DNA of 64,000 nt. Origin: Catajapyx aquilonaris. Its lineage: Eukaryota. This document shows positions 1 through 13,500 of this stretch, piece by piece. Position numbers and translations under genes: made by a program. The DNA is taken from the NCBI GenBank assembly GCA_000934665.2, contig KZ538184.1, positions 1 to 64,000 on the forward strand, read 5' to 3'. The notes under the pieces were generated by a model. It was not told the origin of the DNA. It did no database searches and was given only the letters and a program-made list of their open reading frames with translations. The stretch's first letter is position 1, and the number at the start of each line of letters is the position of its first letter.

Positions 1-308
1 GTAAGTGTGAAATGAAGTGTGATGCAATGTACTCAAATCAACTGGAGCAACTTGTTTGCTTCTAACCAAATAATGTTCAATAAGTAAACAATAAGTATTG
101 CTCGTGGACTCAATAATATTCCTGAAATCAATTTCGTTGGCTGACAGTACTGTTGATAGTCGTTTAACGTCTGTAATTGGTAGCCTATTTGTGCTTCAAT
201 TGTTGTCGGATTAGGAGCAACTACTAGCAAACCGTTTTGACCTTTTATTGCTGTACAGAGCAAATCGGTGCAACATTTGACTTTAACCCAAACTTTAACT
301 ATTTTACA

Positions 309-601
309 CTAGCAGTGGACCCGTTCTTCGCACGGGGATTGATAAATGAGAGAAGTTTGTAAAACGCAGAAGAGCCAATGGTGGCGCAGATGAAATATCA
401 AAATTCACTTCAAAAATTTAACAAATCCTACGTTTTAATTATTTAAACTGAAAAAGGTGCAGGGTTTTCGCACTTTTACCTCAATCAGTGGCACATAAGA
501 CATCAGGACTCTCAGAGGTGTGGAAGTGGGTTAGGTAGCCCGGACAAACATACATAGATATGTAGCTTACAAACTTTCACTTTTATAATTATATATAGAG
601 A
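309..601 (-). mobile_element. Non-autonomous Helitron-like element
   Basis: On the minus strand it starts 5'-TC(TCTATATATAATTATAAAAGTGAAAGTTTGT) and ends with the hairpin CCCGT-GCGAAGA-ACGGG followed by CTAG. It is inserted between A and T. These are the Helitron hallmarks. Confidence 0.75.
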
Positions 602-725
602 TAATAAATCGGAAAGTTTGTCTGTATGTCCGGGCTACCCAACCCATTTTATGACTACTGAGAGTGCTGAAACGTGGCCATTGATTGTGGGAAAAGTTCG
701 GAAACTGCACTTGTTTATATTTATA
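602..725 (+). mobile_element. Truncated second copy of the same Helitron-like family, head-to-head with 309-601
   Basis: gaaagtttgt...tgtccgggctacccaaccca...ctgagagtgctga...ccattgattg matches the reverse complement of about 455-580. No 3' hairpin or CTAG was seen. Confidence 0.6.
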
Positions 726-3700
726 AACTTTTCAAGCGGTATCCAAGTTCAGTTACGTCCAACATATTGCTTTATCAACGTTGGGGCTGTCACATATTCC
801 TGACCGGTACACCTTATTTAACGGTAAATAAACAATCGGGAGTACCGCACCCTCTGCCATTTAGAAATGAAGATGTTTTCGCCAGCAACATATTGTGTTA
901 CATACACTGTTGTCATCAAGTACGTCACACTCATAACATGACTTTTGCACGCTACACATAACCCGTTTTACAAAATTGAAAATTCAACACACACACAGCC
1001 ACCGTACAACAATTTAATAACAATATTAGCAATACCTGCAACAATTGGGGTGGATACCTGTCATTATTTGCGCCACCTATTTTCACGAGATGCCCGATTT
1101 AATAAAAGGCTACGCCCTAAAACTGGGTCCTAAAAATTCCGCGCCCTTCAGTGGGCTGGAAAAGAGAAGAGGCGGGTTTATTATCAATCGGTCAATGGAT
1201 CTTTTTAGTTTTTTTTTTTACCGAGTGGGAACTGAGCCTCTTTGTTTCTTTGACCCCGAAGCCACTTGCCTTTGTTTCCATCATCCAAATTAAAAGCAGG
1301 ACAGAAAATATTCCACTAACGGGACACTTGTCTTTTTTTTTGCGTAAAAAATATTATAATAAGAAACCAGTAGGAATAAGGGACATTGTATTTCGCACGA
1401 AACCTATTTGAATACGACATGTCCTACTTTCAATAATTGCGGTCGGTATTTGGTTCAGAAAATAATTGGCGGAAAATGTTGCGGAGAAAAGGATATTCAT
1501 TAGGACGTTTCATTAGTTTTTTTTCACAATTTTGATGTCGGTTGACACAAATAGTGGAAAAACTTTCTTTGACGAACTTTTTCTTTGTCAGGAAGGTCAT
1601 ACTGTGGACAATATTCTGAGTCAGTTTCAGCTTAGATGGATTTAAAATTTTGATAATAAGTCCTCGACTTATTTAAAAGGAGGACACATATTCCGGTTGC
1701 ATCAGGTGTTTTGCCATTTCAAATTGCGGAAATTTTGCACACATTTCCATATTAATGATCTGGCAATTTTCCACATAATAATGTATGCAAATATCTAGTG
1801 ATAAATAAATGAGTGGAAAATGTACACGTTTAAAAGAGGAGGTGGAACAAAAATAAATGGAAATTTGCCCACTAAATTTAAAAAAAACAATGAATAATAA
1901 TTTTGACATAATCGGAGATTTTGTTTAAAATTTATGTCATGGCAGAAAATGCTTAATTTTTTATTCACCTTACAGTAGTAAGTGGAAAAGCGGTAAGCAG
2001 GATAGTGCTCTGTTGTGTAAATTAGATTACAAGCCCGTTTTTCTGATGTAATTACACACGACCCCGCCTTGTATTACCTGAGTTACCATGATAATATGTT
2101 GTTTTTTTGCACATAAATGAAAGGGTGAGGATCTCGGACGACCCCGGAAATTTCACCCCTGCCATGTTAGACAGGTTTCACTCGCGGGTTACGAAACGAT
2201 CCTTCTCTGGAAGCTCGCAATTTCCGGGCCCATGGAAGACACTGCCAGAGAAAGTGACCTCGTCCGGTTTTTCCGCCAGCGTTGAATAATTATATCAAGT
2301 CACTGGAAGGGCGATTTCATTTGCGCAGGTTATGTGAAAATTTGCAAAAAATCAGCAAAGTTTAATTTTGTCCAAATTATGAGGAATGTTCACAGAGACA
2401 ATGCTTTTTTTTTCGTAAAACAACAATTGAAGTCAATTATTACAAATGTCGTTGAAAATTGTTGCATGTGCAAGGCTGTGTGCGATATATGGATTATTAT
2501 AGCGAAAATTTGTGTGGCATAAATATTTAAAAATCGACAGATCCCAACCAATATCGTATATAGGGTCCATGAAAAATCGTCAATGAGCTATATCGGCATC
2601 TATCGTTAAAATACTGCATATTGCTACAGCATGTGAAGAGAATGTCGTTCACACGTGAGATATTATTTTAGGTGTCTATTTTTAAATATAAGAATCATAA
2701 ACAATTTGATGCAATCTGATATTATCTATATACTGGAAGATCGATAGATTTTAAAAATTGACTTTAAAAAATATCTCTCGATATTTTCACATTTTATTGA
2801 CATTTTTATACATTTCGATATCTCATACATTCCTATATTTTCATATATTCGATGTTTAACTCATTTTGACACTTTATTAATTTAATTGATAATTATTTAT
2901 TCAATTTTATACCCCTTTTCCTTTTGATATTTTTATACATTTCGACACTGACACATATTAAATACATATTCGATATTTAATTCATTTTGATATTTGTATA
3001 CATTTCGATACACTGTATATTCCGATACGTCATACATCATTACGCATACGCAAAGGGCCAGACGTATTGTTTCCGTTTCCGCTCGTCGTTTCGCACAGTG
3101 TTGACACGAATATCATCGCGCCACAAATGGCATCATTAAAAATGGCTAACCGCTCCTCCGAGGTGAATATTAGACACTAGTTGTCTCACGCATGGCCAAC
3201 CCCCACACAAATCTTTGTCCCATTGCCGTCTGGACATATGCTTGTTGACGGAAGTCAAGAAGCTACATTCTTCAAGAGACTGGACAACAACTGGACTCCG
3301 CTTTTGTTTATCCCATCCACAACTTTTCAGTGGGTGAAGCTGCAAGGACGTTACATAAAAAAGTGGTTGTATTATTCATCCTTCTTCCGGTGTACCGTTA
3401 CACAGAGCTATACAAATCCATTTAGAAGAGTAATTGGCAGTTTGTGCCGTCCAGGGACGATTTTTCTGTGGCGCCCGTTGACTTCAGGGGAGCTGAATCA
3501 CCTTGAGACCCAAATAGTGTTATAAATACTACGTTGAAAAGGACGACAGATGGGCGAAGGGGACAATAGTGCACTGGAGCCACGTGTACCACATGTTTGC
3601 ACGTACACAAAAGTTGTATTTCTCGATTTTCAAGTGTCTGGACTGCCTAACGGGAACTGCCTTTTTTTTTCTTCAAATCAATTCAGAATATTTGGGGTTT

Positions 3701-6019
3701 GAAAAATATGCGGTGCCTTCGACCCCAAAAATCATCCGGGGAAAAAAGGTCGTTGCCTTTTGATCCACCTGGCCACACCCTACGTATTGCACCTCCAGTA
3801 AAAACAGGGGAAAAAAGAGTACGTCCAATAAACAGGAAGCAATTACCCTCGATTTGTTCCAGTCCAACGATAGCTACAAGTTATGTGACTGTGTGTATTA
3901 ACCCGACGTAAAAATGAACGATAAAGTGTGACCAAAACAAAAACGTCTAAGAGTCCCAGTGACCCCTGTTTTTATGACCCAGCCATTTGATAAGGACTTG
4001 TCGAGCTGGCAATTACTTTGATGTCACTTATAGCATTCGAGGGAGTTTGTACAGTGTTGTAATTGCGGGTCTAACGACCCTGATGCGTTACGTCACACGG
4101 TTATGGTTTCCGATTCCATCATGATTGCACTTGTGGTATTCACGTGGGTGTGTGTATACAAGCTTGTTGCATTCTTGTGGCTAAAAATTCGCACAAAAAA
4201 TAATTCGTGTATTAGTTTGCAAATAAACAGCAACAATGTTTTCATAAATAATAGTTCATTAATTTATATCGAAATCAGTCAAATATGACTCTGATAAGGT
4301 TTTGACATTATTTTTATGATAATTAAAAATTAATGGCAATTATTCGCACATATTGTGCTGGGAAAATATTCTCCGGTATATACGTTTCATGTACACCAGT
4401 TGCACAAGAAGCCCGTACAGTACAAGTGGACAACATAATGATTGGGCAAAGACTGGCCGAACAAGATCTGAGCATTTTTGACCTGTTTCACAGCTCGCCA
4501 AAATGTAAGGAAAAAAAAAATAGCAAAATCCTGGAGAGGGTATGACCTCGGCCTGCATTTTCTCACACATATGCAGCCAAAGTCATGGAAGCCATCATTT
4601 TAAGCCTTAAGGGAGAGCAAATTTTTTATATATATTATGAATTGAATATGATAAGTAGTTAGAACAGGTTTTTCTCACCCCAACAATCCAGAGTGAAATT
4701 AAAGGGTTTACTTCACTGCAATGAACGGATGTGCACGTTTGATTGAGAACAAGGCCAGATTATGTGAAGGACGAATTTATTTTATTGACAGCGCGAGTTT
4801 TAAAACAAAGACTGGATCTAACTAATCATAATGTGATAAGTGTGTGTGTGAGGGAGAGATGTCTGAACCATTTCATTGGCTCTTTATGGCAATTTCAAGG
4901 CTCGAAAGATAGCTGGGACGTGACAGAACGTTTCACTTTATATATTTTTTTCTTGAAGGAAAAGTGTTCACGAAGCATGTACTTGTGACATGACCGTGCA
5001 ATAAATGAGACCAATTTGGACGGCGGGACTTAATAGTGTAGGCGGGTTAGGTCAATCGGAGGAATAAATTATAACAGTTAATTCGATCGAGTTAACACTC
5101 ACTTTACAAGTGAGAACACATGAATGTGTTGCATTACATGCAGTAAAATATATTGCACCAAAATTGCAATAAATATGGGGTTGTAATATCCTGTTTAATG
5201 AGAATGAGGTAATTACTGGGGAGTAACCTTAATGTGCCTCGCAATTATTTTTATATAGCTCTGTAACATGCGCACTGAGGTTTGTATACTACAATGCTCC
5301 AAATAATTATTATACCAATATTACATCCGTCACGCGACATGCACGGGAGTGACTTCAAACAGCATCATTGTTTCTCGAAGAAATTAACTCATTGTTTCGT
5401 CATTATAATCTAGCATGTGACGTATACATGACCTCTCTCTTTGGACACACACACACACTTTTTTTTTTTTCTCCTCGACTCAAAATGTTTGCCTGCCAGG
5501 GTACAACGTACACCGAACAAAAGTCAGGTACAATTCACTTCCGAAGGCCTTGTTCACTTCCTACGCACACCATCAGCGAGGGATGTTGCAGGACATTAAA
5601 CCGCCCTACTTATGCAGCCAAGCCCCTCAGAAATTACCATCCGCTCTGCAGGGCATCTGAATATGAAAACGTAAGGCTGTCGGTCGTTGCCGATAACTAT
5701 CAGTAATTATATTTAAAACAAACATTGGAACTGTGGAGTTGACTAGTTGTTTAGTCCTATATATACTAACCGTACATACAGTTCAATTTCCTGATGGGAC
5801 AGCTGATTGAATAATCCGACAATAAATAAACAAACAAACAAACAAACAATAGCCTATATTTATACAATAAATACCGTATATTCAATGCAATCTTTTATTA
5901 GATGAGTAAGTAAATAAAACAGTTTATGCTTATTTATTTATTTACACAGATTACGATTTATCTATACATATTGATATATTTACACATATTACTATTGTTT
6001 ATACATATTTATAATAGAC

Positions 6020-6170
6020 CTACCGTATATACTATTTATTTATACATATTTATATACCGTATATACTATTTATTTATACATATTTATATACCGTATGTAC
6101 TATTTATTTATATACATATTTATATACCGTATATACTATTTATTTATTTATTTATTTATTTATTTATATA
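6020..6170. repeat. AT-rich minisatellite (~35-bp unit) grading into (TTTA)n
   Basis: Repeated unit taccgtatatactatttatttatacatatttata, 3-4 copies. Confidence 0.85.
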
Positions 6171-7539
6171 CTATATCGTATGTCAGAACCTTGGTATAAA
6201 TTAGAGGTTATTCCGTTTTACATATTTAAATAAAAATTTTAATTCGTAAACAATCTCGTGTATTTTAAATAGTGGCATTGGATCAGTATAGTTATGAAAA
6301 GCATTAACTGCTAATTTTCTATTAAATCATTAATTGAATTGCAATGAATTTCCTACTGGAACCAATATATTTTTCAAACTGCAGACATTAATTTAATGTA
6401 GGCCTATATATCAGCAATTAAAGTTAGGTAGCTGTTTCAAAATAACTGTTTGAAATGGGGCAAAAAATTTCTAAGCTATAGGACACGTTGTGTTTAACAA
6501 CCGGAAATCGGATCGTACGTTTCGTAACGATGCGTGAGACAATGCTGGAATACTTTCTATTTTTGTGTGTGTAACATACTTGTACAACATACATCAAGGA
6601 TAACCACAACACTCTTGATCCTCTTCATTCTGCGGGGGACACTGCGTATAACTCATCAAAAAACCTCATGTCAGGCGTGTCTCCAAATCTGTCACTTGCT
6701 CCAACTGCTCGGTTACTTTTACCTGGATAATTCCACCTACATGTTGACGATACAAAAATGCGTGCCAAACCCAACCTCCCCTGGAGCCAACGGACCGTTA
6801 GATAAACGCAATAATTACACGTTCGAGAGTTGACCTGATGATCGAGGGGGGAGTTGGAGGACCTTCGACATTCACCGGAAACCTGCTTTTTTAGAAGGAT
6901 AACCTGGCCTTCTATGGAATGCTCCTTTTTGCTCTCGACTCTCTGAATAGCAAAAACCCTGAAACAGACCGGTTTTTCTGCGTATGTATACACCAGTACA
7001 CGATCGAATTGCAGCGATTTATTGCGTGCGGGAATATTCGCGCACTGGATTACACGAATTGAATTATATCTGGAGAAAATTTTTCGTAGGGGGAGGGGGA
7101 GCCGGGTCTTCCATGCAAATTGTCTTGGCAAAAAAAAACATTGCTTCCGTTCCTTCACTTTTACTAGCTGAAGGCATTAAAACACTTTCCAAGCATTGGA
7201 ATGGAGGAGAATCGTGGGAAAATGTAATTTGCATACAAATGCGTTATCAATTTATTTCTGAGAGAGGTGTCGGATAGCTAGCATTGTTTCAGAGTTAAAT
7301 TTACAACATCTGCATGATCATTGGACAGGGTAGGCATTTAAACAGTTATTGTCTAATCAACAATGCCACCATTTTATACAAGTCACCACGTTATAGCCAA
7401 GGCGCGGTTTTTAAAATAAATGCCGGCAAATTGATAAATAAACAATCAATCAATCATTTAAAAAAACAAATAAAAGTCACACTTCTAATGGTTTCTAGAT
7501 AATTATGTAGGTATGAAAATTGAAAATTGAAGTGTAATT

Positions 7540-7850
7540 TCCGCTAAAAAATTTCTTGAGTATTATTATACTTGCTTATTTATAAATAAATAAATAAATT
7601 AGCAAAACTCATAAAACAACAAAACAATTAAAATAGTGAAGTATACAGTAGTTTTTGCTCACAAATTTTTCGAGTGTTATTAGTTTTGCTTATTAATGAA
7701 TTACATTAATGTCATTTGTTTTACTTATTAATAAATAAATAATTAATAAGCAAAACTAATAAAACTCGAGAAATTTTTGAGCAAAAACCGTGTTTCATTT
7801 TTGTTGTTGTATTACAGTTTTATTAGCTTTACTTTTTGAGCAAAATTTAT
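7540..7850. repeat. AT-rich imperfect inverted/tandem repeat cluster
   Basis: gtttttgctcacaaatttttcgagtgttattagttttgcttattaa pairs with ttaataagcaaaactaataaaactcgagaaatttttgagcaaaaac. Confidence 0.6.
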
Positions 7851-8127
7851 GCTTCAAGTTTCAATATTCGAACTTACTTAATTAACTAAGGAATCATTAC
7901 AGTGTAATTAATTAATTAGAAAAACAAACTTGACCAAAAAAAAGTACGCTTCGAGCACTATTTTTATGAATTTGTTTCAATGCCCCTTGATCCATTTCGT
8001 GGGAATGCAAATGAGCTTAAGAAACATTCACAATGTAATTACGAATGACCTTTTTCTGGCCTACGTGCACACGAGTAAACATCGTAAGCTTGACCTTGCC
8101 CCGGAACCATAAAACCAGGCTGGGCAC

Positions 8128-8130
<3 letters not shown>

Positions 8131-8161
<31 letters not shown>

Positions 8162-8188
8162 GTTCGAGAGATCCAGAGAGAGAGAGAA
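8131..8188. repeat. (CA)n and short (GA)n microsatellites
   Basis: Direct reading of the sequence. Confidence 0.9.
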
Positions 8189-9467
8189 AAAAAGGGGGGC
8201 AAATCTGGTTAACTTGGACACGACTGGCCGCTGACCTTCCAGACGTTGCCCACACTCAAGAAAAGGTCATGCGACCAAAGAATTTTTCTGGTTTCGCAAC
8301 TGTGATCTTCCCAACCCCTGGGCGTGGAACTGGACATTCACACATATTTGACACGGAAATCCACATTCTCCTTCTGCAATTCTTTTTCATTCATACTATA
8401 GTTTCACTTCCTCTGTCTACATATAAGGTCAACTATAAGGTCGCAGATTTCCGCACGTAAAGGTAACCGTTGTAGCTGTTATTTTTCTTGATTGGGCTCA
8501 AGTTCGAGGAAAAAGTTAATATTTTCCGGATGTGTCGTTGCCTCCAGCCCATGTCAAAAAATGTGCCCACAGCTTTTTCGGCGTATTGAAAAAGAGGTAG
8601 GAAAAAAAAGTGGGCTAACGGTGGATATAGTCATTACAAGTGGTGCGGGTCGTGGAAAAATGATTTCCAATTTGATACATCCTGATAACTGCACAACTTA
8701 GATACTGAGTAATTGCATAGTTTCTCTCCACTAGTTCGCATCCACTGTCATTAAACATAATTAAAATAAGTTGAAAGAGTTGCAAGAAAAATGAATATCT
8801 CCTAAAAATCAACAGTGAGCTTTCTTTGAAATATTATTGAAAAGTGTTCTACTAATTAATATTGTGAATATCACTCATTCATTAAAAAAGGTTCAAAGGT
8901 CAAGGCTGACGCGAATATATTTTTAAACAGAGATGAACCAACAACCATGAATGTCAAGACATAATATTCGACACACTTGGTCAATAGTCGATCTTTAACA
9001 TTGATACCAGACACGCACAGATGAGGCAACGTTTTCCCACGACACGACAACACTAATTAACACGCGACCTTGCACATATGCCACAGAGCTAACACCTCAT
9101 AAGTAAACAAACTCCGGAAACAGGCAGTATTTTTTTTGGAGGCCACAATATTTCTCAACCCACATAAAACACCTTAATAATAATTGCTGATCGTCTGAGA
9201 AATAAAAGACAGAAATGCACCATACATGTAACTGATTAAGTCAAATGTAAAAAAAAATGTGTTAAAATATTTGAGCAATTCAATGACATTACACATAAAC
9301 TAGTGTTTCATTATTATTTCCTCAATACAATAATAATTTATTATGGACATGCTTTAGCTTCTGGGCATTTTCTTGTAATTAAAGTCCACATAGCACCATG
9401 CAATAAGACACAATTATCGTTAGGCTAATTAATTAAGGAAATAATACTTACCTGCTAAATAATAATA

Positions 9468-9789
9468 CAGTTGAATTCGGATATAATAGACTTCAAGGGG
9501 CAGCGGAAAAAGTAGCCAAATCTCCACTTTTGCTTACCATATGCCTATAATGCACCCTACTATACATACGGTACTGATCAATGAAATCAATCAAAACTGC
9601 AATATTAGCTCACCCAAACCCATTTTCCCACCGAGGGGGCCAAGAAATTGTCTGTTATACCCGATGTGATGCGAAAATGAGTAGGGCATACGTTATATGA
9701 GGAGTAAAAAAATACACAGCCGCGGCCTTTCGAGTCTGTTATAACTGAAAGTATGTTATAACCGAGGCTGTTATATCCGGATTCAACTG
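9468..9789. mobile_element. Tc1/mariner (pogo/Tigger-like) MITE
   Basis: TA target-site duplication on both sides. TIRs are CAGTTGAATTCGGATATAA and TTATATCCGGATTCAACTG. Confidence 0.8.
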
Positions 9790-10444
9790 TAATAATAAAT
9801 AAATTTACATGAGGCCATCATTACGACTTTATTGATAGCTCTGCGGATGATTTTTTTTTAAAATATTGGGGAACAGAACTCCGAGAAAACCCACATTTAC
9901 ATGGAGAGAACACTCTGCATTGCTTGCTTATTAACGAATTTGCTAATTTATTTTACATGCTCCAAAATTCGTTTTATCATCCTGGTACTACCTGGCCTTC
10001 CTCTAAAACTGACCACCTGGACTGAGCAAACTGGGCTGACCCAGACCCTGAGGGCCTTAGGAGGAAGCTCAACCACAAGGAGCCGGTCCACCAACTCCTC
10101 CCCACCTTCCCTTCCTTCCAATCCCCCTCCTTCTCCTCCTTCCCCCACCTCCCTTCATCCCTTTCTTTTTTTTCTCTCTCTCCACCTTCCTTCGTCAATT
10201 GAGGTCTGGGGTAAGCACGGGGAAGTCCTCCATTCACAAAGGTGGCCTTCTTCCTCTGGGAAGAGGAATAGTGACCTGTGACATGATGGGACGACTATCC
10301 AAAAAAGGGGACTGTCGCGACTTCAATTTAGATCGGACCAATTATTATCAGTGAAGTGGTTAGAAACAACAACAACAAAAAAGAGGGGGACAAAACTAGG
10401 GGGTTGTTTGTCGTAAGGGGATGGTGTCTAGTGAGTGAGAAGCA

Positions 10445-10546
10445 ATGGATGAGTTGGTGTTGCAAGGGAACAAGACTCTCAAGAAGTCTTCGGTGTGGAA
10501 GAAAAACTACTCCAAGTTGCAAAAGAGGCTCAAGTTGTACTTTGAG
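10445..10546 (+). CDS. Candidate first coding exon of the MISP/AKAP2-like gene (MDELVLQGNKTLKKSSVWKKNYSKLQKRLKLYFE)
   Basis: gcaATGg start and 34 open codons. The GAG|gttggt donor is in phase 0, matching the phase-0 acceptor at 14801. A CT-rich leader lies upstream. Confidence 0.55.
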
Positions 10547-13500
10547 GTTGGTACTCTAATTGCAAGAGGAAAAAAGTGCAATTGACAAGTGCACAGAAAT
10601 TTTGGATTTTTTTTTCTTCTTCTTAATTTGTGCTGGTGTACTAAGAGGAACGCTGCATTACTCCTTTATTTATTTACTTACGTACCTATTTATTTTACGT
10701 GCTCCAAAAGCGTTTTATATTAAACATTATTTCAAAAAGAAATTAGGCAAAACGTTTGACACAACTGTTCAACAATATAAGCTAAGTACTTATCAGATAT
10801 TGTAGTTAGGGCCCGGACCTAATATTTGCTGACATTTTTGTCTCTAATTATTAGTATTATTAAGCAGCTTAGTATAGGCCTATAAATATTTCGGCTTTAC
10901 TTTTCCGTCAGACGAATGCAGGAGGTGGTTAGCACATCACCCGCTTGTAGCTCATTAATATTAATTCATATGAGCTAAACGACATTTGCATATCTATTGG
11001 GAGGCCGGAAGGTTTTGAGGTGCTAAGCCTTGAAGGGTCTCAGCAACTTCCTTCCAAGTCGGTTATAAATTATCGATGGTTTCCGTGTCTAATAATAGTG
11101 GCAAAGGATGAATGACTGGGCAATAAACGGTGTTAATGAGCGGATGGTATTTTCCAAATTGAGCTGTCTAGGTCAACTGTATAGGTGACGGTGTTAATAC
11201 ACAGTATTCGCATCCGGATGCGTCAGGCAAATATGATTACAATGTTACATCGCGTTATTTAATATTCGATTAAATTTTATACCACATGGTGTTCCCACTA
11301 ACTGTCCCTTTACAAAAAAAAAATCCAAGCGTGCAACCGTGAAGCCGCAACAATGTTTATATTTGACACCAATACATACAACTCGACACGACCTTTCCTC
11401 GCAGCATTTGGAACGCGACTTATTCAAAAATCCGGACAAATTTCCCTTCCATAAAAAAAACAACCAAAAACAAACCTAGAAATTCAGACGGACACGCACT
11501 CCAAAAGCCTACTTTTATCCTCTAAATTCCAAGGCCCCCCTTTGGCCAATGTCCGGAAGCCAAACTTTCCCTCCACCATTTAGATGTGTCTAATAGGCGA
11601 TTTCGGGTTTCTCAAATTAAAGCCCGATAGGTAGAGGACTGGAATCAACAGCATCAAACTTCCTGCTTGGGAAGTGTGTCGGAATTTTGTGTGGAAGTCC
11701 GTCCTATAGAGGAGGAAAAGGACTTTCTCCTCTTTCACGGTCATGAAGGAGGGTAGCCGTGCCTTAGCCTTGACTTATTCGTCGTGCAATATCTCCAGTA
11801 GAGGTCAAAACTACGTGTGCCACTTAACCAACACACACGTGCTTCTGCCGATGGGAAGAAGAAAAGTGGATAATTGGTTGTCGACACAAAAAGAAAAAAA
11901 TTGCGGAAGGAATGTGACCAGAATCATTGCAACTTGGCTAATGAACGTAATGAAATTAAATAAATTTTTTATTTCTGTCAATTTGTTCATAAGCTCGACA
12001 GGTAATGTGCAGTGTAAGAACGATTTTTGAACAAAATTTTACACTTGTGGTGCTTCAGAGCAAAATGACAAATTAAGTTTCCATTTCATTTCATTTTACA
12101 CTAAAACCTGTGAAGTTGGACACCTTAATAATATTATGTTGGCCACCTCCTTAATGCTGGACATTATTTTTGGAACCGTCAGTGTACAGCCATGGAGTTT
12201 TATTTCATTTTATTTATTAAGCTTGGTGGACCTGCACTTTACCTTTTTGTTACGCAACAGCATTCAGACTGAGTGGACCAGTTTATAGGATCATACGATA
12301 TCGGCCTACATCTACAAATGGATGAAAATTAGTTCATAACAAAGACTTAATGCCAATGTGCGATTCTCCACATTTCCTTTAGTTTATTGGGGAACTTTCA
12401 AAATATTGTCAGCTTTCTACTAAAGTTCAATTTATGTAATTATTGAGGAAATTCTGAACCACTTCCTTGAATTTTACATGCCTTGGTAATTAACTGACTT
12501 CAAATCAAGTAATTTGTTCTAACTTCTTCATACATGTTCTTGTATTTTGCATTTTATTTAATTATAATTATCATGATATTGTAGCCTATTGAAATGACGC
12601 GTTACACATGTAATTACTAATTAGCAAAAACTGTGACCTGTATTGCAACTATTAATCGACAATGACGCGATTTTTGCAAGCAGAGAATAAGGCCTACATT
12701 AGAAACTCTGTGAAACAGTCTTAGATTCATTACAATAATATTCATAATTAATCAACATCATTGCCATTATTTACACACTTGACTTTGTATCACACAAGTC
12801 CTGTATGGGTTCTTCGCCTATGAATTCGGTCATCTGTTAGTACAACACGGATGTAGACCTTGACCACAGGCGGTGTAATAAATAATCATTTGTTCCCCTT
12901 TTAAAAACTCTTCCAATTTTCCCAGCAATTCTGACTCACCCTGTTATATCCTCAGGTGGTATTTCCAGATCAGGCCTAATTCTCATCCCGAATCTTCCGA
13001 AACGGTCACTGACCATAGCACTCATGCATGGGAAGGGTTGACACAGGGTCGTGCAAAGAGTGTGAATTAGCAAAAATCATCTAAGGGAAAGGGCGTGGCT
13101 ATGTTTTCCACGGTTCAACGAAAGCGAAAATCGCGATGAATATCTATGTGATTTACAGTCTGTTAATTGACAGTACGGAAGAATAATTATCAGGAATTTT
13201 TTTGTATACGGCCTTGCTCATTGCTCCCTGCAAGGTCAATGGCAAATGCTGCTATCTAGAGAATTTTCTCAGATCGTTAAAAAAAACGTGACCTTCCGTC
13301 TGAACGATGTGATGAGTAAATGACAAGGAATGCAAGCTTGTCTAACATGGTTCACGGGAGGGTCAAACTTTTTTTTTTGCAATTAATTCGCAATGGAAGA
13401 GAAATTGCGGAGACAGGAAGTTATTGTTGATAAACAGTGTCCAACATTTTGCATTCAGCAATATATGTAAGGTCATCAAAGTGTCGTGTGAACATTTGAT

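Noticed and set aside
6020..6170. Regular ~35-bp repeats as a CRISPR array
   Set aside because: No unique spacers, eukaryotic context and no cas genes. It is a minisatellite.
6534..7277. Overlapping ORFs up to 177 aa
   Set aside because: No recognisable motif, codon bias or consistent splice sites.
9901..10281. Pro/Ser-rich 126-aa ORF
   Set aside because: It arises from a CT-rich low-complexity tract, more likely the 5' leader of the exon at 10445.
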